From a candidate division FCPU426 bacterium (lineage in GTDB: Bacteria; Oederibacteriota; Muellerivitia; Muellerivitales; Muellerivitaceae): a stretch of DNA of 64,000 bases. Made by a program: the position numbers and the translations under genes. The notes under the pieces are model-generated. The model saw only the letters and a program-made list of their open reading frames with translations, had not been told where the DNA came from and did no database searches. The stretch lies in NCBI GenBank assembly GCA_963719085.1, contig CAVRAL010000001.1, positions 1,248,001 to 1,312,000 on the forward strand. Direction: 5' to 3'. Below, piece by piece: positions 30,456 to 40,378 of this stretch. Positions within the stretch are counted from its first letter, which is position 1; each line of letters opens with the position of its first letter.

Positions 30456-31502
30456 TTATTTCCCGACCACGAGGATATGAAAGGTCCCCGGGACAATTTT
30501 CCGATGGGGTTTTGGATCGTCCTTCGTTGGCGCGGGCGCTTCTTCGCGCTTCGCCGTCGAAAGAAAAACCCGGCCCGTTTTCGAGTCAAACCCCAGGGTT
30601 TTCGCGCCTTCTTCGGTCACCAGGCTTTGCGCCAAGGTGTAGTGATTGGGTGAATCCTCATGGATCACCGTCAAGGTGCCATCCCCGTTGGAGCTGAAAA
30701 TCGTCGATGAGGCCGGGTCGAAATAGGTGCCGTCCACATGGTCGCCAATGGGCAAAGTCTGAATCACCTTCCCGTTCGCGGCGTTCATCACGACCAGAAG
30801 CTTGTTGTGGCAGCCGCTGAAAAGCCGTTTGTTGGCCGTGTCCATCGAAAGTCCGGACGGGGAAACGCCCGGCGCCAAGGGCCAGCGGCGGAGGATCTTC
30901 ATGGTTTTGGAATCGATCTTAAGAATCTCATTTTCACTTTCCAGATTATCAAACAGATGGCCTTTGCCGTCGGAAACAGCCACTTCCGGCGAGCCGCCCA
31001 AGTCCAGGGTCTTCACCACCTTGTCGGTGACGGGGTCAATGACGGTTGCGTTTTTGCTGTCGCCGTCAAAGGTCCAAATTTTCGATGACGCCTTGTCATA
31101 AATAATGACGTCCGCGTCCGGGGAAACCGGTATTTCGGAAACGCGTTTCAAGGTTTTCAAGTCAAAGACCACCACGCTTCCCGGCTCGCCGCTGGTGGCA
31201 TAGCCTTTGCCCAGTTCGTCCAAAACCACCACGCCATGGGGATGGGGGACATTTTCAATGGTTCCCACCAGTTTCAAGCTGTCCGCGTCAAGCACTTGAA
31301 CGCTGTCGTTATGGGTGATAAAAACCCGCCGGCTATCGCCGTCCACCATTAAGAAATCGAACCCGCCGTCGCCGGGCAGGGAAACTTTTTGAAGGATCTT
31401 ATATCCGCCGTCCGCGGCGGCCTCTTGCGCGCGGGCCGCGCCCGACACGCCTGTCCCCGCCGTCAAAACCCCCAACAGCAAAAACAGCTTGAGCTTATTC
31501 AT
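30456..31502 (-). CDS. YncE-like exported beta-propeller
   Basis: Signal peptide, PGDGGFD, HGV, repeated blades, GAKTLGFD, PGTF.ILVV. Confidence 0.85.
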   Translation of the reverse strand: MNKLKLFLLLGVLTAGTGVSGAARAQEAAADGGYKILQKVSLPGDGGFDFLMVDGDSRRVFITHNDSVQVLDADSLKLVGTIENVPHPHGVVVLDELGKGYATSGEPGSVVVFDLKTLKRVSEIPVSPDADVIIYDKASSKIWTFDGDSKNATVIDPVTDKVVKTLDLGGSPEVAVSDGKGHLFDNLESENEILKIDSKTMKILRRWPLAPGVSPSGLSMDTANKRLFSGCHNKLLVVMNAANGKVIQTLPIGDHVDGTYFDPASSTIFSSNGDGTLTVIHEDSPNHYTLAQSLVTEEGAKTLGFDSKTGRVFLSTAKREEAPAPTKDDPKPHRKIVPGTFHILVVGK

Positions 31503-31567
31503 TCCCGCCTCCGTTTGTAGTGATGAACCTTTTTTCAACCCATCGATTAGACGCCCCGGCCTGATTT

Positions 31568-32929
31568 TCAGGGCGCCGGGTTAAAATCAAAAGCGTTGTC
31601 CAAATTAACCGCCTGGCCGTCCTGGTCATTCAGGGGCGCCAGCCCGAACCGGTTCTCGATAAATTTCAGGATCGACGCCGTGGTATAGGTCGTGTGATCG
31701 ACGTAACCCTTTTTGGCGAAGGGCGAAATGATGATAAAAGGCACCCGGGTGCCCGGACCCCACCGGCCGCCCTTGAGGGGCGCCACATGGTCCCAACGGC
31801 CTCCGTTTTCGTCATAGGTGATCAGCACCGCGCAATCCTTGCCGTATTTGCTTTTCAATATCTTTTCCACCAATTCGGCCGAGTGACGCTGGCCCTGCAT
31901 CAAGGTCGAGTCATGGGGATGCTCATTGTTCGTGCCCATGAATTTCACGAAAGAAACCCGGGGCAATTCCCCTTGGCCGTCCAAGATGGACATCAGCTCC
32001 TTCGTGTCCCTCAAGTGCTCTTGATTGCCGGGGGTTCCATCGGCGAAATTTTTGAAATAGACGAAGGCTTGGTGGTGGAAAGTGAAATGCTTGGCGGGAT
32101 GACCCGCGAGGGCGTCGTTCCACCCTTCGGAGAACCAGGCCCAGGAAATTTTTTTGTCGCTCAAACGGTCCCCGATCGTGGGCATGGTTTGGGCGGGGAC
32201 TAAATTTTCCGCAGGGGTGTCCGCTTTATGGGGACCTTCGGCCGGATCCAAATCGTTGATAACGAAGCCATCGGGCGAGACGGGGCCGTCCTTCCCCGGG
32301 AGCGGCATGCCGTCGGATCCCACCTGCGCCTTCAGGGCCTCCGGCGCGCCCGGAAAAACCGGGGGAGCCAAGGCCACAAACAGGATATGGTTCAAAAGCG
32401 AGCCCCCGAAACCGCCGTGGAAATAATGGTCGCAGAGGGTATATTGGGCGGCCAATTTTCCTTCGGGCAGTTGGGCGGCGTCCACGCCGCTCATGACCAG
32501 GCCGCCGTTGTTGCTGGCGGCCACGAACTTATCCATCTTCCCCCCGTCGATCTGGACCTGTTCCTGGTAAAAGCGGTGATGCATGTCCCCGGTGACGGCC
32601 GTCACGGGGACATATTGGGTGAGGTCATAGGGTCCGACGGGCAGTGACTTCGGGAAACGATCGTCCCCGATTTTCTTTTTCGGGTCCAAATAAGGCTGAG
32701 GCATGGCGGTCAGTGGCTTCCCCGCCAGGTCCACCTGTTTCACCGCGTCCCCGGCCTCCGCCAGCCCATCGGCGCCGGGAAACTTGCCGAAAAGGCCGTC
32801 GAAGCTCCAGTTTTCTTGATAAATAACGATGATGTGCTGGATTTTTCCGTAATCCACCGGCCCCGCGGCGAATGCCCGGCCGCCTAAAGACAAAATCAAA
32901 CCCATCGCGATCAAGACCCGGCGCCGCAT
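31568..32929 (-). CDS. acpA: Phosphoesterase family acid phosphatase (AcpA/PLC superfamily)
   Basis: HIIVIYQENWSFD, HRFYQEQ.QI.GG.MD.F, FGGSLLNH (Ser nucleophile), TYDENGG.WDHV, GPGTRVP. Confidence 0.88.
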   Translation of the reverse strand: MRRRVLIAMGLILSLGGRAFAAGPVDYGKIQHIIVIYQENWSFDGLFGKFPGADGLAEAGDAVKQVDLAGKPLTAMPQPYLDPKKKIGDDRFPKSLPVGPYDLTQYVPVTAVTGDMHHRFYQEQVQIDGGKMDKFVAASNNGGLVMSGVDAAQLPEGKLAAQYTLCDHYFHGGFGGSLLNHILFVALAPPVFPGAPEALKAQVGSDGMPLPGKDGPVSPDGFVINDLDPAEGPHKADTPAENLVPAQTMPTIGDRLSDKKISWAWFSEGWNDALAGHPAKHFTFHHQAFVYFKNFADGTPGNQEHLRDTKELMSILDGQGELPRVSFVKFMGTNNEHPHDSTLMQGQRHSAELVEKILKSKYGKDCAVLITYDENGGRWDHVAPLKGGRWGPGTRVPFIIISPFAKKGYVDHTTYTTASILKFIENRFGLAPLNDQDGQAVNLDNAFDFNPAP

Positions 32930-32942
32930 AGAATCCTCCCGA

Positions 32943-33506
32943 TTAATTGAGCTTAAAGGAAATAGGAAGCCGCACCCGGCAATTCATCGGCTGTCCCGTC
33001 TTGTCCAGGGCCGGTTGGAACCTGGCGTCTTTCAGTTTGTCCAACACCACCGCGTTGAACGCCGGATCGGCGCCCTGAAGGATGGTCACTTGATCGACCT
33101 TTCCCTCGATATTGATCAGAAGCTCCACAATCACCCGGCCCTCTTTTTTTTGCTTGCGCATCTCCATCGGATAATCGTCCTCGTCGATCAATCCGCCCAC
33201 CCAAGAAGGCTGGCGGCTGGCCACGGCGACCGCCGCCTCCTCGGGAGTTGGCGTCGGCATGACTTTCGGCGGCGGCGCCTTCCCTTTTTTCGCCAGGATC
33301 CAGATCTCCGGAAGCGGGGTGGGTCGGGCGTCCACCGTCAAAAGAGGGACGTTGCTCTGGTCGACGTCGATCCGGTATTCGGCATGCGCTTCTCCCCAGG
33401 CGATAATCCCCAAAGCCCCGCCGAAAAGCCCGGCGTGCAACAGTCCGGATATCAGCATGCCCCGGAAAAGGCGGTCCCGCAGAATTTCGCCGAAAAGGCG
33501 TTTCAC
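32943..33506 (-). CDS. tonB: Energy transducer TonB
   Basis: TM with S..LH, Pro-rich linker, YP......EG.V.V.L.I...G.V, F.PA. Confidence 0.88.
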   Translation of the reverse strand: MKRLFGEILRDRLFRGMLISGLLHAGLFGGALGIIAWGEAHAEYRIDVDQSNVPLLTVDARPTPLPEIWILAKKGKAPPPKVMPTPTPEEAAVAVASRQPSWVGGLIDEDDYPMEMRKQKKEGRVIVELLINIEGKVDQVTILQGADPAFNAVVLDKLKDARFQPALDKTGQPMNCRVRLPISFKLN

Positions 33507-33910
33507 TATTCCCGATCCATCGCCAGGGCCACCTTTTGGACGCCCCCCAGCTTGATCGCGTCCAGAACCGCGGCCAGCTTTTCATAAGTAATGTTTTTAT
33601 CCGCCTTGAGGATCACCTTCACGTCGGGATCGGTTCCCGACTCTACCGCCATTTGCTGCCGCAAACCCTCCAGGTCGATGTCTTTTCGGTTGAACTTAAG
33701 TTCCCCCTCCTCACCCAAAGTGACCGTGAGGGCGGGCTGGGGGGCCTTTTCCTCTTTCACCACCTTGGGCAAATGCACTTGAAGCGCCTGTTCGCTGATG
33801 AATGAGGAGATCACCATAAAAATGATGAGCAGCACCAGCGTGATGTCGACCAGGGGAGTGACGTTGATGCCGGTGACCAGGTTGCTGTCGTCGGAGCTGG
33901 GCAGCATCAT
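33506..33910 (-). CDS. exbD: Biopolymer transporter ExbD
   Basis: INVTPLVDITLVLLIIFMV, ADK.I.Y. Confidence 0.92.
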   Translation of the reverse strand: MMLPSSDDSNLVTGINVTPLVDITLVLLIIFMVISSFISEQALQVHLPKVVKEEKAPQPALTVTLGEEGELKFNRKDIDLEGLRQQMAVESGTDPDVKVILKADKNITYEKLAAVLDAIKLGGVQKVALAMDRE

Positions 33911-34533
33911 TTCGCCTTTTCTTGCTTGAGATAGGCCAGCAGGATCCGGGAAAGGCCGTCGGTGTTGGTTTGGATTTCCTTTAAGCGGGTGAGGAAAAAA
34001 TTGTTGGCGATGACCGCCGGGATGGCCACCAAAATGCCGAAGGCCGTCGCGATTAAGGCGCTGGAAATACCCGACATCACCACGGCCACGCCGCTTTGGC
34101 CCGTCATTCCCAGATCATTAAAAGCCTTAATCACGCCCAAAACCGTCCCAAAAAGCCCGACGAAGGGGGCGTTATTGCCCAAGGTCCCCAGGATGATCAG
34201 GTACCTTTCCAATTCCATTTTTTCCCGCAGCCAATGGGCGACCATCACTTCTTCCACCGTCGCCGCGCCCTTGGAAAAGCTTTTCAATCCCGCCAGCGCC
34301 ACCCGGGCCTCGACCCTTTGGCTTTTTTCAGCCAGGGCGATGGCCCCGGGGATATCCCGTTTTTCCAGGCTTGCCGCCAGGCTGTCCATCAAGGAGGCCA
34401 GATCGCCCTTATTTTTATTAAAGACCTTCGCCCGCTCAATCATCACGCCGATCGAACCAACGCTGGCCAGGATCAGCAACACAATCACCCAGGTGTCGCC
34501 CAACAAGGCCAGATGCATGAAAATTAAGCTCAT
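33907..34533 (-). CDS. exbB: ExbB/TolQ proton channel
   Basis: LGTLG.NAPFVGLFGTVLGVI.AF, GISSALIATAFGI.VAIPA. Confidence 0.92.
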   Translation of the reverse strand: MSLIFMHLALLGDTWVIVLLILASVGSIGVMIERAKVFNKNKGDLASLMDSLAASLEKRDIPGAIALAEKSQRVEARVALAGLKSFSKGAATVEEVMVAHWLREKMELERYLIILGTLGNNAPFVGLFGTVLGVIKAFNDLGMTGQSGVAVVMSGISSALIATAFGILVAIPAVIANNFFLTRLKEIQTNTDGLSRILLAYLKQEKAK

Positions 34534-34705
34534 TTAAATTCCTTTGTTCGATCTTGATTCAAGGAAACGCGGGTTCCCTTGATGATAAAAAGCCAAAACC
34601 AGGCGCAAGGTTTCGATCCCTGAAATCGAAACCACGCGCCGGGTTGGCCGGGGGATTTTGGTTGAATCCCTTTGAGTCTTCAATTCAAGCTTTTTCAACC
34701 CTCGG

Positions 34706-37417
34706 TTAAAAGTCGACGACCAATCCGCCGTCGAAGGAGGGACCGTAATACTCATTTTGAATCGGGAGGTTGGACGACCCCTGGTAATAGCGGAGCGGTT
34801 CGTTATTTAGGTTATTGCCATCGGCGTAGACCGTGAAGTCCTTGGTGAAGGCGTACTGGACCTTCGCGTCGATCTGGAAATAATCGTCATAATAAACATT
34901 CGGCACCGGGCCGCCCAAGGAAGACGGCAGGGCTTGGTCCCCGATCAAGGACAGGTTTTTCCCGGTGAAGGAACCGCCGACATCAATCGTCAGCCCGTTC
35001 TTCTTGTAAAAGAGCCCGGCGTTCCAGATGAGGTCGGACTGGCTGGGCAGTTCGGTATAAACCCCCGGGGAAGTTTCCCCCTGGGACCACATCCTGGAAA
35101 CCGAGCCCCGGAAGCCCACTCCATCGAAGGGATCGGGCAGCATGGTGTATTGCTGTTGGTACTGGAATTCCAGCCCATAGATCTGCGAATAGGGGATGTT
35201 CGAGTAGGTGATGGTCGTCGTCACCCCGCCCGAATTGATCACCTCGGCGTAATCCGGCGCGAAGTAGTTGCTGATATCCTTCACGAACCCGTCGACGGCC
35301 AGGATGGCGCCCTTGGCCGGATAAAATTCCCAAGAGCTGTCGATGTTGTTCGAGACCATGGCCTTTAGGTTTGGATTACCGTAGGTGTTGGTGACGACCG
35401 GGTCCGCCGAGGAAGTTCCCCCGTTGTTGTTTTGTCCCAAGGTGGGCGAGGGAATATATTGGTTGTAGGTCGGGCGGGCCAGCGTCTCCGAAAAGTTGAT
35501 CCGGGTGGTGAAGTCGGGATTAAACACGTACTTCATGCCCAAACTCGGCAAGACATTGGCGTAGTCGATGGTTCCCCTCTCGTGTGTCGCCGCGCCCAAT
35601 TCCACGCTATCCACGGGGTAATCCGAGTAGGCGTTGTACCAGTCGTATTTAATGTCCGTCGCTTCCACCCGGACGCCGCCCATGACCGTCATTTGGCCCG
35701 AGGTCAGGGTATACATGGCGTAACCCGCGTAGACATTTTCCCAAGAGTCCCAATCCAAAGCCTTGTCGGCCACCGGATCGCTCTCAACCAGGGCGCTGGC
35801 ATAGGGGCTGGAAGGGCTATTGAGCAGGCTCGTCAAGGCGCCCAGACCCGGGACCGGGCCCATGTTGTAAATGTCGCCGGGATAGAAAGAAGGCAGTGAA
35901 AAGGGGCTGAAGTCCGCCATGGTGGCCGGGTTCAGGGTGTTGGGGGCGAAATTCTTATCGTTGTAATCGGCGAAACTCATGTTCGCGTCCGCGCCGAATT
36001 TGAGGGTGCCCTTATCATCGCCGCCGAGGGACATATCGGTTTTACCGTCGGCTTTGAAGCCGTATTGATTCACCGTATAGGCCGATTGTTCGTTCGTGAA
36101 ACCCGAAAGCGCGAAATTGGCCGGGTCATTCTCCCCGGTCATCGCGCTGTTGTCGAAAGTGGGGCTGTTGCCGTTGTTCGTGGAATTGTTATAAGTGATC
36201 GTCCCGCCCAGATTGCTGTTCTTGTTTTTAAACGCGTAGCCGTAATGCCAAGGCACGTTTTGATCCGAGTAGGAATAGCTGGCCTTATAATCTAAATCCA
36301 AGCCGTTGAGATTATTGTCGCCGCCCAAACCCAGCCCCAAGGTGCGGAACTGGGTCAATTCATAGCTGACCTTATCCGACAACTTGGTCCCGTCGGCGCC
36401 GACGTCAATCGTATAGCTTCCGTCCGGGTTCAAGGTGGCGTTCCCCGTGGTGGCGTCGATGTTTTGATAGGCCGTAGTCCACTTCGGGGTACGGTACTCG
36501 TCATAACCGCTGTACATCAAATCGGCGTAATACTTGTTGTCCTTGTCAACCGAGAGGTCGATGTTCGCCCCTAACCCGCCCCGGATGCGGTCATAATCAT
36601 AATATTGGAAGTCATATTCGTTGATGGAATTGGGGCCCAATTGCCCCGAGCCGGCGGGGGTATAGGTCTCTTCCAGGTCGTCAATCCCGAATCTTTTCTC
36701 ATCGCCCGAGGCCGTGAAAAGGAAGCCCAGTTTGGCCTGCCCCCCGAGGTTCAGGGTTTCCGCCCAGGTCAAGTCCGCGGCGTAGGTGGGATCCTGGCGC
36801 TCCGGGACATAACCCCCTTCGGCTTTGAGCTCGTGGAAGCTTCCGGCGTAATCAAAAGCCGACTTGGGAACGAGGTTCATCTGTCCGCCGACTCCCTGCC
36901 CGTCCATATCCGGCAGGATGGTCTTGAAAACTTCCATCTCTCCCACCAGGCCGGCCGGAATATCGTCGAGGTCCACCGACCGCGAAGAATCGTCATAAGA
37001 CGGAATGAGCGTTTCGTTGAAAGTGACGATGTCCAGGTTCGAGTCCGTCCCCCGGATGGAGATGTAGCGGGGTTCCCCCGTATCGTGCTGGACCCCGACT
37101 CCGGGCAATTGCTGGGACGCCTGGGCCACGGTTTTGGCCGGGGTTTGGTTGATCTGGTCCTGGGAAAGGATGTTCACTTTATTCAGGGAGTCGTGCATCT
37201 GGTCAAAGGCCGCGGCTTGGTCGATCCCGCGGGCCTTCACCGTGACTTCGGGAAGTTCCGAAACGCCCGTCACGGCGGCGGCGAAGGTGTTGGCTTGGCC
37301 TTCCACGGGGGTGGGCATGGTGGCGTCGTCGGCTTTGGCGTTGGAAGACAACATGAAAGAGGAAATAAGAAACAACCCAAACGCTAAAAGAGGGGAGACG
37401 GTCCACTGAATCCGCAT
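34706..37417 (-). CDS. TonB-dependent receptor
   Basis: Signal peptide, TonB box EVTVKA, plug LPGV...GEPRYISIRG, GNPNLK, NNLNNEP, terminal Phe. Confidence 0.93.
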   Translation of the reverse strand: MRIQWTVSPLLAFGLFLISSFMLSSNAKADDATMPTPVEGQANTFAAAVTGVSELPEVTVKARGIDQAAAFDQMHDSLNKVNILSQDQINQTPAKTVAQASQQLPGVGVQHDTGEPRYISIRGTDSNLDIVTFNETLIPSYDDSSRSVDLDDIPAGLVGEMEVFKTILPDMDGQGVGGQMNLVPKSAFDYAGSFHELKAEGGYVPERQDPTYAADLTWAETLNLGGQAKLGFLFTASGDEKRFGIDDLEETYTPAGSGQLGPNSINEYDFQYYDYDRIRGGLGANIDLSVDKDNKYYADLMYSGYDEYRTPKWTTAYQNIDATTGNATLNPDGSYTIDVGADGTKLSDKVSYELTQFRTLGLGLGGDNNLNGLDLDYKASYSYSDQNVPWHYGYAFKNKNSNLGGTITYNNSTNNGNSPTFDNSAMTGENDPANFALSGFTNEQSAYTVNQYGFKADGKTDMSLGGDDKGTLKFGADANMSFADYNDKNFAPNTLNPATMADFSPFSLPSFYPGDIYNMGPVPGLGALTSLLNSPSSPYASALVESDPVADKALDWDSWENVYAGYAMYTLTSGQMTVMGGVRVEATDIKYDWYNAYSDYPVDSVELGAATHERGTIDYANVLPSLGMKYVFNPDFTTRINFSETLARPTYNQYIPSPTLGQNNNGGTSSADPVVTNTYGNPNLKAMVSNNIDSSWEFYPAKGAILAVDGFVKDISNYFAPDYAEVINSGGVTTTITYSNIPYSQIYGLEFQYQQQYTMLPDPFDGVGFRGSVSRMWSQGETSPGVYTELPSQSDLIWNAGLFYKKNGLTIDVGGSFTGKNLSLIGDQALPSSLGGPVPNVYYDDYFQIDAKVQYAFTKDFTVYADGNNLNNEPLRYYQGSSNLPIQNEYYGPSFDGGLVVDF

Positions 37418-37516
37418 AACCACTTCCTTTCAAAAACCCAGGATCAAAGCGTGCGTGAATGTAGGGATCCGCCATGCCCCGAACGTTTCCAGTAGATTAA
37501 ATAAAGGTAACGATCC

Positions 37517-37544
37517 GATGACGAAATCGTCATCTTGCCGTCAT
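37517..37544. promoter_or_regulatory. CusR/CopR-box-like palindrome with a third half-site
   Basis: GATGACGA-AA-TCGTCATC at 37517-37534. CGTCAT repeats at 11-bp period (37528, 37539). Lies between the divergent TBDR and regulator genes. Confidence 0.7.
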
Positions 37545-37630
37545 TTCAACGATCATTTACGCCCCGGCGATCGCGCTCAAATCGCGGAATTTAACTTGCT
37601 ACTTTTCCGCGTTTGAAATTACATAGGCCC

Positions 37631-38305
37631 ATGAAAATCCTCGTCATCGAAGACGAACCCAAAACCCGGAACTATTTATCCAAAGGCCTGACCGAAAACG
37701 GCTATTTGGTCAATTGCTCGGGCAAGGGCGGCGAAGGTTACCACATGGCCCGGGTCGGCGCTTACGATCTGCTCATCTTGGACGTCATGCTTCCGGAAAA
37801 AGACGGCTGGTCGATCTTGGAGGATTTGCGGGGGTCGGGCCACCGCTTCCCCATTCTTTTTTTAACCGCCCGGGACGCCGTGGGGGACCGGGTGAAGGGC
37901 TTGGAATCCGGCGCCGATGATTACTTGGTGAAGCCCTTCGCCTTCGCGGAACTTTTGGCCCGGGTCCACTCGCTTCTTCGGCGAAGCCCGGCCCGGTCGT
38001 CCGAAAGGCTGAAGGTCGCGGATTTAGAAATCGACCCCATCAACCACAAGACCCTGCGGTCCGGAAAAAGGCTCGACCTCACGCCCAAAGAATTCGCGCT
38101 TCTCTTTTTACTGGCGACCCGCGCGGGCGACGTTTTATCCCGGACCCGCCTGGCGGAGCAGGTATGGGAGATGAATTTTGACAGCGACACCAATGTGGTG
38201 GATGTGCATGTGCGCCGGCTTCGCGCCAAAGTGGATGACCCCTTCAGCCGGAAGTTAATCCATACCGTCCGGGGGGTGGGTTATGTTCTCGAAGACCGGG
38301 GATAA
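37631..38305 (+). CDS. Heavy-metal response regulator (CusR/CzcR-like, OmpR family)
   Basis: LDVMLP..DGW, LFLTARD.V.DRVKGL, VWEMNFDSDTNVVDV.VRRLR.KVDD.F..KLIHTVRG.GY. Confidence 0.93.
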   Translation: MKILVIEDEPKTRNYLSKGLTENGYLVNCSGKGGEGYHMARVGAYDLLILDVMLPEKDGWSILEDLRGSGHRFPILFLTARDAVGDRVKGLESGADDYLVKPFAFAELLARVHSLLRRSPARSSERLKVADLEIDPINHKTLRSGKRLDLTPKEFALLFLLATRAGDVLSRTRLAEQVWEMNFDSDTNVVDVHVRRLRAKVDDPFSRKLIHTVRGVGYVLEDRG

Positions 38306-39719
38306 AAAAGAAAATTCAGCAAGCCCAGGCTCCCTGGCCACCCGCATGACCCTCTGGTACGCCCTTTGCGCCTTCGCGTTGGTCTTCACGGCCTCCGGAT
38401 TTCTTTACCATGCCCTGTCCGACGGCCTAAATCACGAGAACGACGTTCTGCTTTCCCAAAATTTTCAAAGTTTAACCTCGTATATGAACAAATCGCCCGG
38501 CGACCTTTATGACCTCCAGCAATTCGTCGGCCAAAGGCCCAAGTGGTACCGGACCACCTCTTTTTGGACGAGAATCCTGGATGGGAACCAGCTCTTGACC
38601 GAGACCCCCGGCATGTCGCGGTCCCTGCCCCGCGCCCTGTTTCAAAAAGGATACCCCAATGCCTGGAACTCCTCCGTCCGTTCCACCGAGGGAATTCCTT
38701 TCCGGGTCTTATCCACCCAAGGCGTTTGGCCCGGCTATATTCACCCCCAGGTCGCCATCCAGATGGCCATTGATATGAGCCCGGACGAAAAGATCCTAAA
38801 ACGATTCCGGAAAAAACTTTTGATCGTCTTGGCCGGTTCGCTTTTAGCCTACGCCTTCACGGGCTACTGGATCGCCCAACGGGGAATCCAACCGGTGAGG
38901 CTCATGGCGAAAACCGCCGCCCGGATCGGGTCCAGCACCTTGTACGAGCGCCTGGAGCGCGAAGGGCTCCCTTCCGAGCTTTCGGATTTAGCCGCCACCT
39001 TCAACGGCATGCTGGACCGCTTGGAGGATTCCTTCGCCCGGCTTTCCCGCTTCAGTTCCGACATCGCGCACGAGCTGAGGACGCCGCTCCAAAATTTGCG
39101 GGGGGAAGCGGAAGTGATATTGAGCAAAGAACGCGCTCCCGCCGACTACCAGGAGCTTTTGGGCTCTGCGCTTGAGGAATACCAGCGGCTCGCCAACCTG
39201 ATTGACCGGCTTCTTTTCCTCGCGCGGGCGGAAAATCCCCAGACCCATATCCAACGGGAGGAGCTGGATTTGAAGAAAGAACTGGGACTGCTTCAGGATT
39301 TTTACAACTTATCGGCGGGCGAAAAGGGCGTCACTTTGCGGGCGCAAGCCCCCGAGGGGCTTCAGGCGGACTTGGATCGGTCTTTATTCCAAAGGGCCGT
39401 GGGAAACCTGATTGAAAACGCCTTGAAATACACTCCCGCCGGCGGGGCGATCCACTTAAAAGCTTCCAGTGAAACCGGGAAAGTCCGGTTGGAAGTTTCC
39501 GACACCGGAAATGGAATACCACCCGAACAGGTTTCCCGTGTGTTCGACCGCTTTTACCGGGTGGACCCTTCCCGCTCACCCTTGTCGGGCGGCGCCGGCT
39601 TGGGACTTTCGATCGTGAAAAGCATCATGGACCTTCACGGGGGGACGGTGGAGATTAAAAGCGAGCCTTCCCGGGGAACCACGATCACCCTTTGGTTCCC
39701 GGTTCTCCAACGGGCGTGA
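38283..39719 (+). CDS. Heavy-metal sensor histidine kinase (CusS/CzcS-like)
   Basis: Two TMs and HAMP, FNGMLDRLEDSF.RLS.FSSDIAHELRTP, LLFLARAE, FDRFYRVD.SR. Confidence 0.92.
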   Translation: MFSKTGDKKENSASPGSLATRMTLWYALCAFALVFTASGFLYHALSDGLNHENDVLLSQNFQSLTSYMNKSPGDLYDLQQFVGQRPKWYRTTSFWTRILDGNQLLTETPGMSRSLPRALFQKGYPNAWNSSVRSTEGIPFRVLSTQGVWPGYIHPQVAIQMAIDMSPDEKILKRFRKKLLIVLAGSLLAYAFTGYWIAQRGIQPVRLMAKTAARIGSSTLYERLEREGLPSELSDLAATFNGMLDRLEDSFARLSRFSSDIAHELRTPLQNLRGEAEVILSKERAPADYQELLGSALEEYQRLANLIDRLLFLARAENPQTHIQREELDLKKELGLLQDFYNLSAGEKGVTLRAQAPEGLQADLDRSLFQRAVGNLIENALKYTPAGGAIHLKASSETGKVRLEVSDTGNGIPPEQVSRVFDRFYRVDPSRSPLSGGAGLGLSIVKSIMDLHGGTVEIKSEPSRGTTITLWFPVLQRA

Positions 39720-39721
39720 CT

Positions 39722-40234
39722 TTATTTTAAATGAACCGCGTCCCGCAGAAACTGGACGGTTCCTTGCGCGCCCGAGTAGCCCACTTGTTGGGTGGACTGG
39801 TCGTTGGGGTAACGGACCACTAATGTGGGAAAACCGCTGACACTGTACTTGCTTTGAAGCGCGGCGACTTCCGGCGGGTTTTTCCCGTCCTCTTGATAGC
39901 GGTCCATCACCCGCACCGGGATGAAATACTGGTTGATGAATTGGGCCACCGGCTTCACCTCGAAAACTTCGGCTTCCAAGATCTGGCAATAGTGGCACCA
40001 TCCCGCCGTGAAATCGTAAAGAATACACTTTTTGCTCTCTTTGAACTGGGCTTCCCCTTCTTGGACGGACAACCATTGGATGCTATCGCTGTATTGGCCC
40101 GGAATGGCCGGCGGGATTTCCGGAGGTTTGAAATAGTTGTAGCCGGCGATGATGGCCCAAACCACGAAGATTATCCCCGCCGCCTGGGCCAGGACGACCC
40201 AAATGGAAACCGATTCGGATTTTGAGCTCGCCAT
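39722..40234 (-). CDS. Membrane-anchored thioredoxin-fold protein
   Basis: TM, DFTAGWCHYC, Y.V.GFPT. Confidence 0.82.
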   Translation of the reverse strand: MASSKSESVSIWVVLAQAAGIIFVVWAIIAGYNYFKPPEIPPAIPGQYSDSIQWLSVQEGEAQFKESKKCILYDFTAGWCHYCQILEAEVFEVKPVAQFINQYFIPVRVMDRYQEDGKNPPEVAALQSKYSVSGFPTLVVRYPNDQSTQQVGYSGAQGTVQFLRDAVHLK

Positions 40235-40312
40235 TCCACCCTTCCTTTGTGGTTCCCGCCCGTTCCGGGCCAAAGCGCCACCCGGACATTGGGTCATCAA
40301 TAAATTGTCATC

Positions 40313-40328
40313 TATGTTCTAAATCATA
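40313..40328 (+). promoter_or_regulatory. Crp-family box TATGT-N6-TCATA
   Basis: Upstream of the degenerate GGDEF gene. Only a weak hexamer (GAAACT, 40350) at the class II position. Confidence 0.55.
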
Positions 40329-40378
40329 TAGCCAAAACCCGGAAGGAGCGAAACTAATTCCAATACAGGGAGGCCGCC

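Noticed and set aside
31541..31580. CGTCTAA as another ECF promoter upstream of yncE
   Set aside because: No AAC-like -35 at the right spacing. The segment is better explained as a hairpin after acpA.
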